In this document: positions 24,398 through 38,879 of the stretch, in pieces | Layout of the letters: each line of letters opens with the position of its first letter | Numbering within the stretch: the first letter of the stretch is position 1 | Assembly: GCF_964355755.1 (NCBI RefSeq) | Contig: NC_092671.1 | Span: forward strand, 23,324,070 to 23,388,069 | Source of the DNA: Antedon mediterranea | Lineage: Eukaryota > Animalia > Echinodermata | Length of the DNA stretch: 64,000 nt | Direction: 5' to 3' | Notes under the pieces: model-generated | The model's database searches: none | Told to the model about the DNA's origin: nothing | The model's input: the letters and a program-made list of their open reading frames with translations, nothing else | Made by a program: the position numbers and the translations under genes

Positions 24398-25652
24398 TGT
24401 AACCCTGCCATGGTTTACCATGTTTTCCTTATTAGATTTTTAATCTTTTAATCCTTTCTTTGTTGTTGAGCCCAAGTTTTAATTAGTTGTCCTTTGCTGT
24501 TTATGTCATTATGTCATAAACTATGTGGTAATGCATGAGAGCTTTCTGTTTTTTCTATAGACACTGACCAATAAGGGCCAGTTTACCCTTGGCTTTTTTC
24601 CCCAGCAACATGGATTGACCAATGGGATTAGCCTTGGTCAGGTGACTGGGCCAATATTAGGGTATGTTCCCATGCTTCATTCTCTTTTCCTGATTATGCC
24701 ATCTGAAGTGCTGGTCATTTCTAAGTGTTACATATTAAAATATATGACTTTATTTAAAGCTAGCTATATGTTTTACATACATTATAATTACATTACCGAA
24801 CTAAGTTTTAAGTTCGCGTTGATTGGAAGTTTGTGCTAGTTTGGCATATTGCACTAAAAATTATGTTTGATCGACTGTATTGTACATATTGAAGACTGTT
24901 CGTTTTATTTTGAATATTGGCTCTTTGTATAGGTGAGTGTTTGAACACCAATTTTCTTTGTTCTATATTTAAAGTTCATTATTGTATAAGTATATTACTG
25001 TTGTTATTAATGTTTTAATGGAAGTCATTACAGTATAGTACATAACGTGACATTATTATTAATTATGTTTAAACCTATTTTTATAAATGGAATGTTTCCA
25101 TGATTGGTCTGTTACTGTTAGGGTAAGCAGGCTCTAGATAGACCTATTACTGTATATCATATAGGCATTGTATAGATCAGCAAATTGTTATTTTCCTCTT
25201 TTACTCATTTATTGTTCTTTAAGACAATGTTTTCCTTTCATTATGTTATTTTTGAGACAACGATTGCCATTATGAAGTCGTTTTATGACTATTGCCATGT
25301 AAGGCTGATAATGTACTTATGGTAGCCTACATTCAATGTTAAACTATTTTAGACAGTATACTGTATTATTATACTGTATTTTGGCTCTTTGTATAGGCTC
25401 TTTGTATAGGCTACCGAAGAACCACTGGTTCGCGGACACCGAAATTATCTGTTTAGACTGCTATATAAATCAACTGTATTCATCTACCGTAAGGACGTTT
25501 GTTTTATTTTATTTTATTCCAGTTTGGTCGAATAAACCGTGTTTTGTTCCATTTAAATTTATGTTCTGATGTTTTTGTATTTGAGTTACGTTTGCGCTAT
25601 ATTTATTCGTTAAGATTAATTATAAAAGTTGCGGAAACAAACCTGGGTTACA
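24398..25652 (+). repeat. 3' LTR (1255 bp)
   Basis: TGTAACCC...GGGTTACA; AATAAA at ~25531; matches the 5' LTR. Confidence 0.95.
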
Positions 25653-26469
25653 AACGTATATTAAATCTATCAAAATATTATTTTTTCAACATTATGATAC
25701 TGTACTCGAGCTGTTCAACCCGTTTTCAGCTATTAAAAACAATTATTGTAGGAGGAGATAGGAAAATGCGAGGTATCCTCGTATTATTGTGTGCCGGTAT
25801 TTTTCATGAGGACATCCATTAGACAGTGTATACCACGATCGGAAAACACCCCTATTTGGGGCAAATCGTTGAACCTAAATTAGTTTTAATTGTCAATAAC
25901 TAATTATCTAACTAAATTTAATTAGTAAACAGGGTTACATCATGTGGTTAAAATCAGTACCAAGATTCTAACCGAGATTCTAACCAACTTTATATACCAT
26001 CGAGTAAACATTCTAGAAATAACGCGCGATTTACCGAATTTTGCCCTTACGTAAATTTATATATAGATTTCAAAGAGCGCACAGTGCGCTTCTACGTGCC
26101 AATTTTTTTTTCCAAATCTTAACATTTTTTGCTCAATTCATTATCTTTCGAAATTGTGATCTTCAAGTTTATTTTGACAACGTCATCATACCAAAAAATT
26201 AAAACATGGTGTGGTTCCCGTAATTTCACCTATGTTACACTGTATATAGATATACAGTACACTATACCGTATAGAGTATATATTCTATGACACATATTAG
26301 GCACCAATCAGCACCATAAGCATATATCAGGGAGTTGTTATTAGAACTCCCTGCATATATGCATCAGGTAATAGGATTGCATAAATCAATATTTTGCGGT
26401 CATATTAAACGTACGTGCATGTTTAAATAATAAATAATAATAATAATATGGTAAGTTCTATGAAAAACT

Positions 26470-26778
26470 GGTTACTCATCTTTTGTTTAGCTAATAAGTT
26501 TGTTATTATTGTAATGTTGTTTTTCCCTAATTGCCTTAATATATGCCCAAAATTGCTTTATATTTGAAGTAGTCTTATTTGAGATGTCTAAAACATAATT
26601 TCTGTGACTACAATATATTGTTTTTTTCAGTTCCTTGCTACAACACTTAAATCTATCTGTAGCTTCATTTGTTTTTAAAATCTTAGACTTCCTATATAAT
26701 TTTATTTTCTTTGTACAAAGTTTCTTAATTTCTGTTGTAATCCATGGAAATGATTTAGTCTTATTTCTTTTCTTAATA
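26470..26778 (-). pseudogene. Short LINE ORF2 fragment (APE-RT linker), split by the next element
   Basis: KKRNKTKSFPWITTEIKKL..QFWAYIK; the frame continues on the other side of the insertion (30050-30077: NKAISESVPI). Confidence 0.75.
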
Positions 26779-29700
26779 TAGTCCGAGAGCATTAGTTCAT
26801 AAGTATAGGCAGACCCGGAAATTTCTGGTAACAAGCTAATTTTTTCAGGAAAGGTCGAGAACTATGATTGGAACATCATATTAAAAGTCCCGAAAAATCC
26901 TCTTTGTGCTCTCCGAGAAATCCAAGATGGCGTCCAAAATGGCTGCCATTTTAAAATGGTCTATAACTTTGTAACCGCTTGTTGTAGAGTATCGATTTTG
27001 GTGTCAAATAGTTCACAATATATACATTCCTATTTGCTCTAACAGAAAATTTTGTCAAAAAATGGCCGCTACTACAGTTTCTGGCAGTTTGACCTTTGAC
27101 CTGGTCTTATCATATCTCGGTAATGGCTTGTCTAGAGAATTAAGATTAGGCCCAAATTGTTCAGAACATGCATATTTTTATTTGGTGTAATGAAATATTT
27201 TATCCCAAAATGAATTAAGATTAGGCCCAAATTGTTCAGAACATGCATATTTTTATTTGGTGTAATGAAATATTTTATCCCAAAATGACCGGAAGTGAGG
27301 TTATTAACCTCTTATTGACCTATTCATATCTCTTTACCGTATCTCAAGAAATATTTGTCGTAGAGCATTACTTTTGGTGTCATATTGTTTGGAACATATA
27401 CATTTCTATTTAGTCTAATACAACAGTTTGCCCTCAAAAGCTCGGAAGTAAGTTAATTTATTGAAAACTTAAAAAATCAAAGAGCTACATAGGCAGAGGA
27501 TATGAATAATGTAGGTAAAATAAAAATCAAAGTTTTAACTCTGCCTTAAAACATGTTTTGGGCATAGCACATCATCAGGTAAAGTGAATTGTTACAAAAA
27601 GAAAATATAAAGTCAATAAATTACAAAGAATAACTGTCAGTGGCTAATCAAAGTTGGTTAAGTAAACAAAAGACAATTGGCAAATACCTATGTACACAGC
27701 ACATATCCGACCATTTATATGCAACTTTGAGTTGCGTGCAAACGCCACTCTATTGCTCACTATGTCGGTCGGTAAACACTAACTCATATTCATATTTTTT
27801 CGTTATTTTGACACTGGATATTAATACTTGTAGGCAAATATAAATGTTTTAAAACATTTTTCAACATCTTTTAACTTTTTCAGCAATTTCGGTCGGTTGG
27901 TCAGTCGGTAAACACTAACTCATATTCATATTTTTTCGTTATTTTGACACTGGATATTATTTAATACTTGGAGGAAAATATAAATGTTTTTAAAAATGTG
28001 AACATTTTAAAACATTTTCAGCAATTTCGGTCAGTTGGTCGGTCGGTCAGTAAACAATAACTCAAATTTGTTGACTTTGTAAAAATAATGCATTTTGAAA
28101 CATTCCTTGCTTTAAATGTTCGTTGTACTATGGCTTATTTATGATAAAAAGAGAATATACCCTAGGTATTTCACGTCAAACGCTCTTTACTCGGCATGCA
28201 TAGACTTTCTTTTCCAGATTCAGATTTTATTTGGTCCTTGCTGAAATCTATGAAAAATAGATTGGAATACCCGGGCAATGATCCCGGTACCTCTTACATG
28301 CTAAGTGAGAGCTCTACCACTTGAGCTAGTCCCCCAGTTACATATTTAACTGTTTAAAGATGAAAAAATTAAGTATCGCTTGGACAGGGAATAATTTCGC
28401 CAGTGTAGCATAGCAAAAAGCTATACAAAACAACCTTATTGCTACACATTTCTAAAATTGTGTAGCAAAAAAGACAATACAAAACTATGTTTCTCGACTA
28501 AAAAATCAGTTTGATTAGCAATAAATTTTAAAATGAAATTTTTCCCTGCCGCCATATGCCCTATATATGATTTATTAAACATTAAAAATATGCAAAATAA
28601 AGGGTCTTTAAATCACTTCAACATTGATCAGCAGCATTCTGTTACATTCATTCATCATCTGATGTTGCATCTTCAACATCTTGGTGTTTGTTGCTTCTTT
28701 CACATCATTATCATCATGTTCATCTGTATGGGTGTTGTTGCATGTTTGCCCAAAAGTTATGACGTTATGAGGTTAGAGAACATTCAAGAGTGCATTCTCT
28801 TTTAAAACAAGGAATGACCTGGTTTCATGTTTCAAAATGCATTATTTTTACAAATAAAATGGTCTTTAACATTAGGTTTTTGACAATCCGGAGTATAATA
28901 TATGCCATGTACATAGTGTTCCCTGCCAATTGAGCATTTCCATGCGAAATGTATATGACCTGAACATTTCATTCTCACACTCACAGTATCATAAAGTCTA
29001 TACATTTCCTAAATTACATAAAATTTCTACTTCTCTGAACAAAAATAATTATTATAATTTCTATAATAAATAATAAAAATAATGACGTGATTTCAACAAA
29101 AGCACTAATTCGCGTATGTACTGAAATGCGAGTTACAGACGAATAACGCATTTAAAATGTATTCATGACATCTACATATAGGCGGCATTTTGTAGCAATA
29201 ACTTTTCAACCATAACTAGTATGAGAATTTCAATTAACGTGTCCCATGATATTCTTTGTTCTATCGAAGTTAAATAAATGATTATTTTGGTTTTTTTTCT
29301 TGTATAGTTCATACCCTTACAGGAAAATTTACCCTCAAGGTTACCTGATGATGTGCTATGCCCAAAACATGTTTTAAGGCAGAGTTAAAATTTAGATTTT
29401 TTCTACAGTATTCATATCCTCTGCCTATGTAGCTCTTTGATTTTTAAAGTTTTCAATAAATTAACTTACTTCCGAGCATTTTAGGGCAAACTGTTGTATT
29501 AGACTAAATAGAAATGTATATGTTCCAAACAATTTGACACCAAAAGTAATGCTCTACGACAAATATTTCTTGAGATACGGTAAAGAGATATGAATAGGTC
29601 AATAAGAGGTCAATAACGTCACTTCCGGTCATTTTGGGATAAAATATTTCATTACACCAAATAAAAATATGCATGGTCTGAACAATTTGGGCATAATCTT

Positions 29701-30046
29701 AATTCTCTATGACAAGCCATTACCGAGATATGATAAGACCAGGTCAAAGGTCAAACTTCCAGAAACTGTAGTAGCGGCCATTTTTTGACAAAATTTTCTG
29801 TTAGAGCAAATAGGAATGTATATATTGTGAACTATTTGACACCAAAATCGATACTCTACGACAAGCGGTTACAAAGTTATAGACCAATTTAAAATGACAG
29901 CCATTTTGGACGCCATCTTGGATTTCTCGGAGAGCACAAGGAGGATTTTTCGGGACTTTTAGTATGATGTTCCAATTATAGTTCTCGACCTTTCCTGAAA
30001 AAAATTAGCTTGTTACCAGAAATTTCCGGCTAATGCTCTTGGACTA
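26779..30046. mobile_element. Non-autonomous Academ-like element with ~750-bp TIRs
   Basis: TAGTCCGAGAGCATTAG...CTAATGCTCTTGGACTA, TSD ATA; arms ~26779-27580 and ~29343-30046. Confidence 0.87.
28263..28335 (-). tRNA. tRNA-Ala(AGC) pseudogene or tRNA-derived fragment
   Basis: GGGGGACTAGCTCAAGTGGTAGAGCTCTCACTTAGCATGTAAGAGGTACCGGGATCATTGCCCGGGTATTCCA folds as a cloverleaf with AGC anticodon; mismatches in the acceptor and anticodon stems and an altered T loop. Confidence 0.8.
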
Positions 30047-30787
30047 ATAGGCACAGATTCAGAAATAGCCTTGTTTATATTATATTGTTCATTATAATTA
30101 TACTATCCCAAATATTATTACTATTTTTAAACATAAAACAATTTTCCCAATTAAAACCCCCTTTTTTTTTTAATTAAAAGATCGTCAAATCTCGGGCAAT
30201 GAATCGCTGAGATGAAAACCTCGCCTGTTATCCTCGTTTTAAGCCTTGATATACCATCATTGTAGTCATTCGTTAGTCTATCCAAGTCAAAGTTGATATC
30301 GCAACAGTAATTAGTTCCAGCATGAATGACAACATTTTCTGCACATTGGTCAGATCGATCTCACTTAATAGTTAACTTGTTCCACACAGTTCTTCCTCTT
30401 AATGTTCTGACAGATGTTTCACATAGGCCATTCGTCTTAATATGCTTAATATACCATATAGCCTAAACGTTAAACAACTGAATATATGTTAATTGGAACG
30501 AGACAGAGGTTAAGCTAGTCTTACAAGTCAACATTAACATAGATGGAGAACCTCTCGTGTAAATAAATGTAAACACCTTGGTGTGATATTAGATGATAAT
30601 CTTTCTTTGTGCTCACAAATCGATAATGGACAATCTTATTACCTCAAACTCGTGAAACAAGGAAGTCAACAGTTATCTTAGTTGAAGGTCCCTTTTGTGA
30701 AAAGGAATTACCTCACGAGTTTTTGTGTAAGTGGGACAAATAAATGGAACAATTTGCATATCGACTTGAGAACCGAGACGTCTGATG

Positions 30788-33700
30788 ATTTGACTTCAGC
30801 AATTGGTTTAGGGTGGTCAAACAATTATTTTTGGCTTGGTTACACATTTTGAAAATGTGGCGAAAGGTCAAAAGGTCAGGGTGAAAGGTCATAAGACCAA
30901 ACACCAATATGTCCTTAAATCTCAACAACTGGTCACAGCGAAGTCATTTTGATCTCAAATTGATCAGAAGGTATACATTTATATTCAGTCTAATGGGACA
31001 TTTTAGTTTAAAATGACCGGAAATGCCATTTCTGACCTTTGACCCACAACCCAGGGCATGTATTTATCTCCGTAACTACTGGTCGTAGACACTTGAATTT
31101 GGTTTTAAATTGTTCGAAATATATATTTTGTTATTTGTTATACATTTTGAAAAATGTTACAAAAGGTCAAAGGGTCAGGGTAAAGGGTTATATAAACAAA
31201 TAAATAAACATACTTGTATCTCGGCAACCACTGGTCGCAGCAAGTCAATTTTGGTCTCAAAATGTTCAGAAGGCATGCATTTATATTCCGTCTAATGGGG
31301 CATTTTAGTAAAACAATTTCAGAAATGCCATTTCTGACCTTTGACCCACATACCAGGGCGTCTTCATATCTCTGTAAGTACTGGTCGTAGAAACTTAAAT
31401 TTGGTATCAAATTGTTCGAAATATACATATTTACATTCATTGTAATAGAAAATGTGGTTAAAAGATGAACAGAAAATACTATTACTAATGTTTCAAACAA
31501 AAAACATATCTCTTCACAACTTATCCTTAGACAGTAATGTTATGCAATATGATACTTTAAATTGTTTCAATTTCAAGTAGGCCTACTAGTTATTGCTGTC
31601 CACGAGAACATTTTGATATAAACGTCAAGCTCAAAAGTTCTTTTCAGAATGCTAGAAGTAACTTGCCATGTGTATCCGATTAAACGCCCCGGGCATTTAT
31701 TGTTCAAAAGGGTTTTTAGGGGCATCTTTATTTGGGGTATAATATGGTAACATGTATAATCAAATAAATACCACCTAGATGTAAAAAAATACAGCACAAT
31801 TAATATAAAAAAATGATAAATTATGTCAAAATTCTTGGTAAATTGTAGATTATGGTAGTTAATGAAATGTGTTGTGATACAATTATTTTGCCATGCATGT
31901 GGCGGAGCGTTTATTCCACATGATGTTCTATTGGAGGCAATGGAGGCTTTTATTCAAAGCGGGTGTTAATTCGAATAAATACTCGAGCTCAACAGTTAAG
32001 AATGCTAGAAGTAACTTACCATAGTTACCCGAATAAAAGGTCCCGGCATTTAGTTAATCAGGGAAGGCGTTTATTTTGTTTGGGTGTAATAATGGTAACA
32101 TTTATAATCAAATAAATACACCCCAGTTTAAAAAAAATGTATTAATATAATAAGAATAATAACTGGATTAAACCTCATTCTATCCTGTTGCAAGTACAAT
32201 CATGTAATAAAAGGTATCACAGACAACTATAATAGACCAATTCATTGTCATTATTCCGTAACACTGTTGCATAACATTTTTGAATGTTACCGACAAAACT
32301 TATACATAATATGTATAAGTTTTGTCGGTGTATATCATACACGTCTGTTCCCAGTGTAGATAATAAAACAATATATGTTTCTGGAGATTTATTATCAATA
32401 CCACTAGAAACTTTGACATGTTTTAGGTACTGAATTCATTGACAATAAAAGCATCAGAAGTTATCATGATAAAATCATACTACAACACTGTACTACAGTA
32501 CACAAGGGTGTTTTCAGGAAAGCTGGACATATTGTACAATAGTAATGAAACTATGTATTGGCATTTAAAAATATGCAAAAGATTGTAGTCACAAACAAAC
32601 AGATGATAGAATGAAGATCCATTATGAGTGCAATCGTGTCAGGATAATGATATGTCATTGTTTTATATCATAATACTGGCACCTGGAGGAGAAGATCCAT
32701 TTAATGTTATCTATGACATTGTCACTTTTATTATAAAAGACAGAAACATTTCGTTAAAAAGAATAAAGAAGAAAACGAATCATGTAAAGTACCTTTTATC
32801 AGTTGAGAAACGAATTATAATTATTAAAATTAGAGTATTTATTCGAATTAACACCCGCTTTGAATAAAAGCCTCCCTCAAATAAACGCCACCATTCCTTC
32901 TAATAGAACACCGTGTGGAATACGCCCGCCATATGCATTTACACAATAATTGTATCACAAAACATTACATTAACTACCATAATCTACAATTTACCAAGCA
33001 TTTTTTTCACTTTTTGATATTAATTGTGCTGTATTTTTTTTTACATCTAGGTGGTATTTATTTGATTATACATATTAGCATATTATACCCCAAATAAAGA
33101 TAAATTCCCGGGGAGTTTAATCGGATACACATGGCAAGTTACTTCTAGCATTCTGAATAGAACTGTTGAGCTTGACGTTTCTATCAAAATGTTCTTGGGG
33201 ACAGCAATAACTAGTACTTGAAATTGAAACAATTTAAAGTATCAGTTATTGCATAATATTACTGTCTAAGGATAAGTTATGTAGAGATATGTTTTTTGTT
33301 TGAAACATTAGTAATAGTATTTCTGTTCATCTTTTAACCACATTTTCTATTAAAATGAATGTAAATATGTATATTTCGAACAATTTGATACCAAATTTAA
33401 GTTTCTACGACCATACTTACAGAGATATGAAGATGCCATGATATGTGGGTCAAAGGTCAGAAATGGCATTTCTGATAATTTTTGACTAAAATGTCCCATT
33501 AGATTGAATATGAAAGCAGGCCTTCTGAACATTTTGAGACTAAAATTGACTTGCTGCGACGAGTGGTTGCCGAGATACAAGTATCTATTTATATTTGTTC
33601 ATATAACCTTTGACCTTGACCCTTTGACCTTTTGTAACATTTTTAAAAATGTGCTACAAATAACAAAATGTTTATTTCAAACAAATTAAGACCAAATTTA

Positions 33701-34052
33701 AGTGTCTACGATCAGTAGTTACGGAGATACATACATGCCCTGGGGTGTGGGTCAAAGGTCAGAAATAGCATTTCCGGTCATTTTTTACTAAAATGTCCGA
33801 TTAGACTGAATATAAATGTATACCTTCTGATTAATTTGAGATCAAAATTACCTCGCTGTGACCAGTGGTTGTCGAGATTTCAGGATCTATTGGTGTTTAG
33901 TTTGATAACCTTTCACCCTGACCTTTTGACCTTTCGCCACATTTTCAAAATGTGTAACCAAGCCAAAAATGATTGTTTGACCATCCTAAACCAATTTCTG
34001 AAGTCAAATTCTCTGGACCTGAAAGTGCATACAAAAGTTGATCTAGCTACTA
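30788..34052. mobile_element. Fold-back element with ~1.2-kb inverted arms, Academ-like family
   Basis: ~30788-31990 is the reverse complement of ~32825-34009; same TGACC/CCGGAAAT motifs as the other Academ-like elements; possible right terminus ...gctacta; left terminus and TSD not found. Confidence 0.75.
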
Positions 34053-36449
34053 GAGTAAACATTTTTATACCGGTTGCGCTTTTCTGATAATTCTTATTGT
34101 GCACTTTGATTTATATAGACTACTAATGAAAGCAGTTTGCGAACAGTTGGGAGTGCTGGAAGGAGAAGTGGGGAAACAAAATTTTACCCATAACATAGAG
34201 CTATTAGAGCAACGCAAATATGCTATGGCTGGTAGTTTCGTTGCATGGAGTCTATTGCATGAAGAGACCGGGCGCCCGGAAGATTTATTCATGTGAAAAG
34301 ATACAAAAGGTTTGATGATGTAGTTAGGTGCGTATTAGGGCGAGATGCAATATTCGACATTGCTGCCGGGTCACAGCCTGTACATAGGGCCTGTGGGGAT
34401 CATAACATAGGGGGGTAAAAATGCATTTATTTATGTGAAGCGATACAAGGATAAACTTTTTTGGATATCATGCGCAGTGGGCTACTAATGATAACATCAC
34501 CAATGACAGCAACTTTATCCTGTACGGGGCGCCAAACAGCAACATTTTAGGGCCACGCCCAAATGGGTTTATTCATGTGAAGCGATACAAGGTTGAATCT
34601 TTTTTTAATGGCAGCAGTATATACTGGGGATGTCAAAAACACCAATGACAGCAACTTTATCCTGTACATAAGCTCAGACAGCAGCCCTAAAGGTCCGCAG
34701 TTTCCCCCTATTCGGCTATATAATCGGCGCGTATGTCGTCTTATGGCGTTCAGCTGAGTTAGAAATACGTGATACGGACAATAAATACACAGTAGAATGC
34801 TAAAACAATAAAGAGAGCAGTTGTTTCCTGTACCAAAACATCAAACTCTTATTAAGAACTAGCCCAAAATGGGCATGAAGTATGAATCATTTTTTATTCA
34901 CTTTATCCGGTAGGCCTACACGTACAGCAGCTCAAATGCCCGAGGCTCCATTCGTGATTAACAATGTTGATAATACAAACACATTCACGATAACGTGTGA
35001 CTTTTATTTTATAATTGAAATATATCTTTATTTGGAATAATAAATAACACCAACAAAAACACTTAAACTAACCAACAGCAGATTTGTATTTTAGGGTAAC
35101 ATTTTGAACAATCAATATTATATCAAAATCATTATTTCAATCAAAATAATATAATTTAAGAATATTTTTCAGATAAACTAAATAATTTCACTCATAATGA
35201 TCGACACCGGTACCGATTATTGTACATTATTATTATAACTCCATTTAAATATTGTTTTAATTACACACTAGACACTAGTGATATGTCTATATGAAAAAAG
35301 GCAACAAAATCTAAATTTGCAACATTTTTTAACATAACATAACATAATAGTAAAGTAAATAATAGTTCGAATTCAACATAATCACTTAGAGAATTGGTAA
35401 GGTATAGATTAGACTATCGATTGCACACTATTAATGTATTTTTAACTCAATTTAAATAAAAAAACGTAACCGTTTTCATGTGAATTAGACTGATAAAAAC
35501 CAACAAATAACTTAATCTGCCAACATTTTAAACATCGTTACTTGTCCATAATTGATCGACTACTGTATCGATTACTGCACATTGTTTTACTTTAACTGAA
35601 ACAAAGTAAAATTTTTAATTGTTACTGTACTAACATTAGACAGTGATATCTGATAAAAGGCAACATTAATTAATATTAATAATACTGAACCAAATTAAAT
35701 ATCGTTACTTATCCACAATGGATCGACTACTGTATTGATTATTGCACATTATTTACTAACTAACATAAGAAAGTGATATCTGATAAAACGCAACAAACTG
35801 AATCGAATTAAATATCGTTACTTATCCATAATGGATCGACTACTGTATTGATTACTGCACATTATTTTACTATAACTGCCCTAGTCAAATATAAAATTGT
35901 TACTGTACTAACATTAGACAGTGATATCTGATAAAATGCAACATACTCAGGACCAAATTAAATATCGTTACTTATCCATAATGGATCGACTACTGTATCG
36001 ATTATTGCACATTATTTTACTATAACTGCCCAAGTCAAATTTAAAATTGTTACTGTACTAACATTATACAGTGATATCTGATAAAATGCATACTCAGGAC
36101 CAAATTAAATATCGTTACTTATCCATAATAGATCGACTACTGTACCGATTATTGCACATTATTTTACTATAACTGCCTAAGTCAAATTTAAAATTGTTAC
36201 TGTACTAACATTATACAGTGATATCTGATAAAAGGCAACATTAATAATACTGGACAAAATTAAATATCATTACTTATCCACAATTGATCGACTACTGTAT
36301 TTATTATTGCACTGAACACTATCTATGGATCAAATAGTTCAGTATTTACATTTGATATATTATAAAATATTTACTTCAAAACTCTCAAATGTTTTATGTA
36401 AACGATTAAAAACTATTAAATCAGCCGTAATGCATAATCTTTTGAGTTT

Positions 36450-36965
36450 ATCTATTCGTCATCATCACAGTCACTTTCTCTGTCATCACTCCAAGGTTGG
36501 TCATCATCGATTTCAGCTTCAAAATCTATTATTTCAAGTTCTTCATCATAACTTTGTTCCAATATTCCTGCATAAGTATCAAGAACTTTGTTCCGAGTGT
36601 GGATCACTAGTCAACGTATCTGGTAGAGCATTTCCTTCAAACCATTTAGGTACATTCCTTCCATCACCATTATCAACCCATCCATAGTTTAGTGGGTGTA
36701 GGTTTTGTGTTGGCTGAGGAGTATGAGCGTGTCTCCACATAATAGATATACATAATTTGCCCTCAACAGATGCTGGGTGATTGTGATTTCACATGGTGGC
36801 AATGACGAACAGTTGATCTTCTTGAATTTCTTCTTTCCAGTTATCATTTTGCGAAGCGATTGGTACCTGGCCTCACCGCCTCATTAATACTGTTCATGCT
36901 TTTAAACCCATATATCTTGCATACATAGGCAGTGACTGCGGGTTTGTCCATCCTGTCACCACAAA
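36450..36965 (-). pseudogene. C-terminal fragment of an Academ-type (XPG-like domain) transposase
   Basis: AYVCKIYG..SINEA / KKINCSSLPPCEITITQHLLRANYVYLLWRHA..HPLNYGW..PKWFEG; frameshifted. Confidence 0.65.
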
Positions 36966-38207
36966 GCGATCGCAATACAGCAACATGTTTCTTGTCCTTC
37001 ACTAAATAATATGTAAAATGGGATTGACTTGCCGTTGCGGTAAAATCCAGTATCATTACAGTGTGATATAATCAAATTTATAAATGACGCTGTCACAAAT
37101 CATGTAAAAGAAAATCCAATAGCCCCTATTGGTTTTATTATATCATGTATTCTGTTTAGCTAGTAACAATGGAATATGATGAATGTACAATATTCAGTTA
37201 TTTAATGCACTAGAGGGTGAGCTCGCTTCGCTCGCTCCCCCTCTAGGAAGTGTAGACGATGGTTCTCGGAATGATAATGTTCTCCTTATACATTTTCTGT
37301 CGGTTACCATTATTGAAAAGGCTTGACATTCGTAAAACTAAACTACTTTGTTTCACAGTGTTTTAGATGATTAATAACATTTTAAAGTATAGTTTTTATT
37401 GTTTGGTAGGGCCCTTTGGGGAGGCGGAGGTCATTTGAGGGAGGTGCTTATTCGAGGGATATATGTTAAATTTTTTAGTTCTAATAATATGGTAACATTT
37501 ATAATCAAATGAAATCCTCTCATAGATAATTATGAAAAGTGGTAAAAAAGAATAACAAATGCTTGGTAAATTGCAGATAACAGTGCGGTGAATTCTACTA
37601 CAAATAGTATAATTGTGTTATTATAAATAGATGGACGTTTATTAGATAGTTGGGTTGTGGGGGGGGGGGGGGGGTTATTATTCAAAGTGATGTTTTATTG
37701 GAGAGGCGTTTATTCAAATGAATACCATCCTAATAATTATTAATACATTATTTAATTTAATCATCTTTTGAAACTAACTGCCGTGACAGAGTGGGCCCAA
37801 GACATTACGGCTTGCAACATGGGCAGACATCTCGGTCCTAACGGGACACAGGAAGATAGCCTACAGTTATTCCTGCAAGCTTACTCAATAAAACTCAGCT
37901 ATCGGGATTTCACTCGAAAAATGTCTTATCAAATCTCCCTATGTAATTTTATAATACTATTCCCACAATATATTCTGATTCTTTATGGCGTATATTTAAT
38001 TTGATCTTTATTAATTTGCAGTATAATTCCTATTATTTAACTACTGTACCTTCACACACGTGTGGTATGTTTTAAAATAAACAAAAAACTGAAATGGCTA
38101 TGATTAATGGCCATTTTTTTTTTCGTCTTTCAAAGGGACACTGTAAATTGATTGATGGAAAGTGCCTGTTTCCAGTCACCTTTATAGGGTCAAATCTATT
38201 ATTTTAA

Positions 38208-38833
38208 AGCCCCATTCCCTACGTTTTTTAGATCTAACTTAAGATCACAAACTATATTTAATGTAAAAATAATACTATATGGTCCTATTGCGATAACTTT
38301 TTTCGTCTTTAAACGGTTAAAAATGTGAAAAATAAGTCGATTCTAATAATTATAGCGGCCCGCTATAAATCCCAAAATGCATTGCGCGCGGATTGATATT
38401 TTTGTTTTTCACCTGTAATTCGCCCACTTTTCGATCGATCGTGAGGCCAAAACAAATGGAAGACTCCTAACTTTTCAGCGAAAATACCGGGTTTTCCCCA
38501 ATTTGTATCAACGGAGTCTGGCAAAAATAGAAAGACAATTAATGCAGCAACTATACAACGTCAGGCTAGGTATATAGCTCGCGTACGATGTTCGTACGTT
38601 ACCGATGTTTACCAGCTAGGCCTACAAAACTAAGCCTAGCTAGGCTAGGCCTAAGACCGTCCACGAGAGGTCGATCGCCGCGAGCTACTTAGGTAGTGCA
38701 TTGTTTCTCACTTTTTATCATAATTTACCATAAAACGTACATTTAAGACAAGGAATGACATGGTTTAATGTTTTTAAAGTGATATATATGTATTATTTTC
38801 CAAAAAACGTCCAAAATTGCAGGGAAGGGGTCT
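38208..38833. mobile_element. Kolobok-like MITE
   Basis: TTAA on both sides; AG...CT ends with imperfect TIR agccccattccct / agggaaggggtct. Confidence 0.7.
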
Positions 38834-38879
38834 TTAACTGCTCCCTTGTGTATAAAAGAGAGAAAATATTTGAAACTAA

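Larger units (their letters stand above)
4718..25652 (+). mobile_element. Ty3/Gypsy LTR retrotransposon, both ends present, interrupted by a 12.2-kb insertion
   Basis: Termini TGTAACCC...GGGTTACA, 4-bp TSD AACG (4714-4717, 25653-25656), two LTRs, PPT, gag-PR-RT-RH-INT order. Confidence 0.96.

Noticed and set aside
30560-30630. KHLGVILDDNLS RT-like scrap
   Set aside because: Too short to delimit; probably an old LINE remnant.
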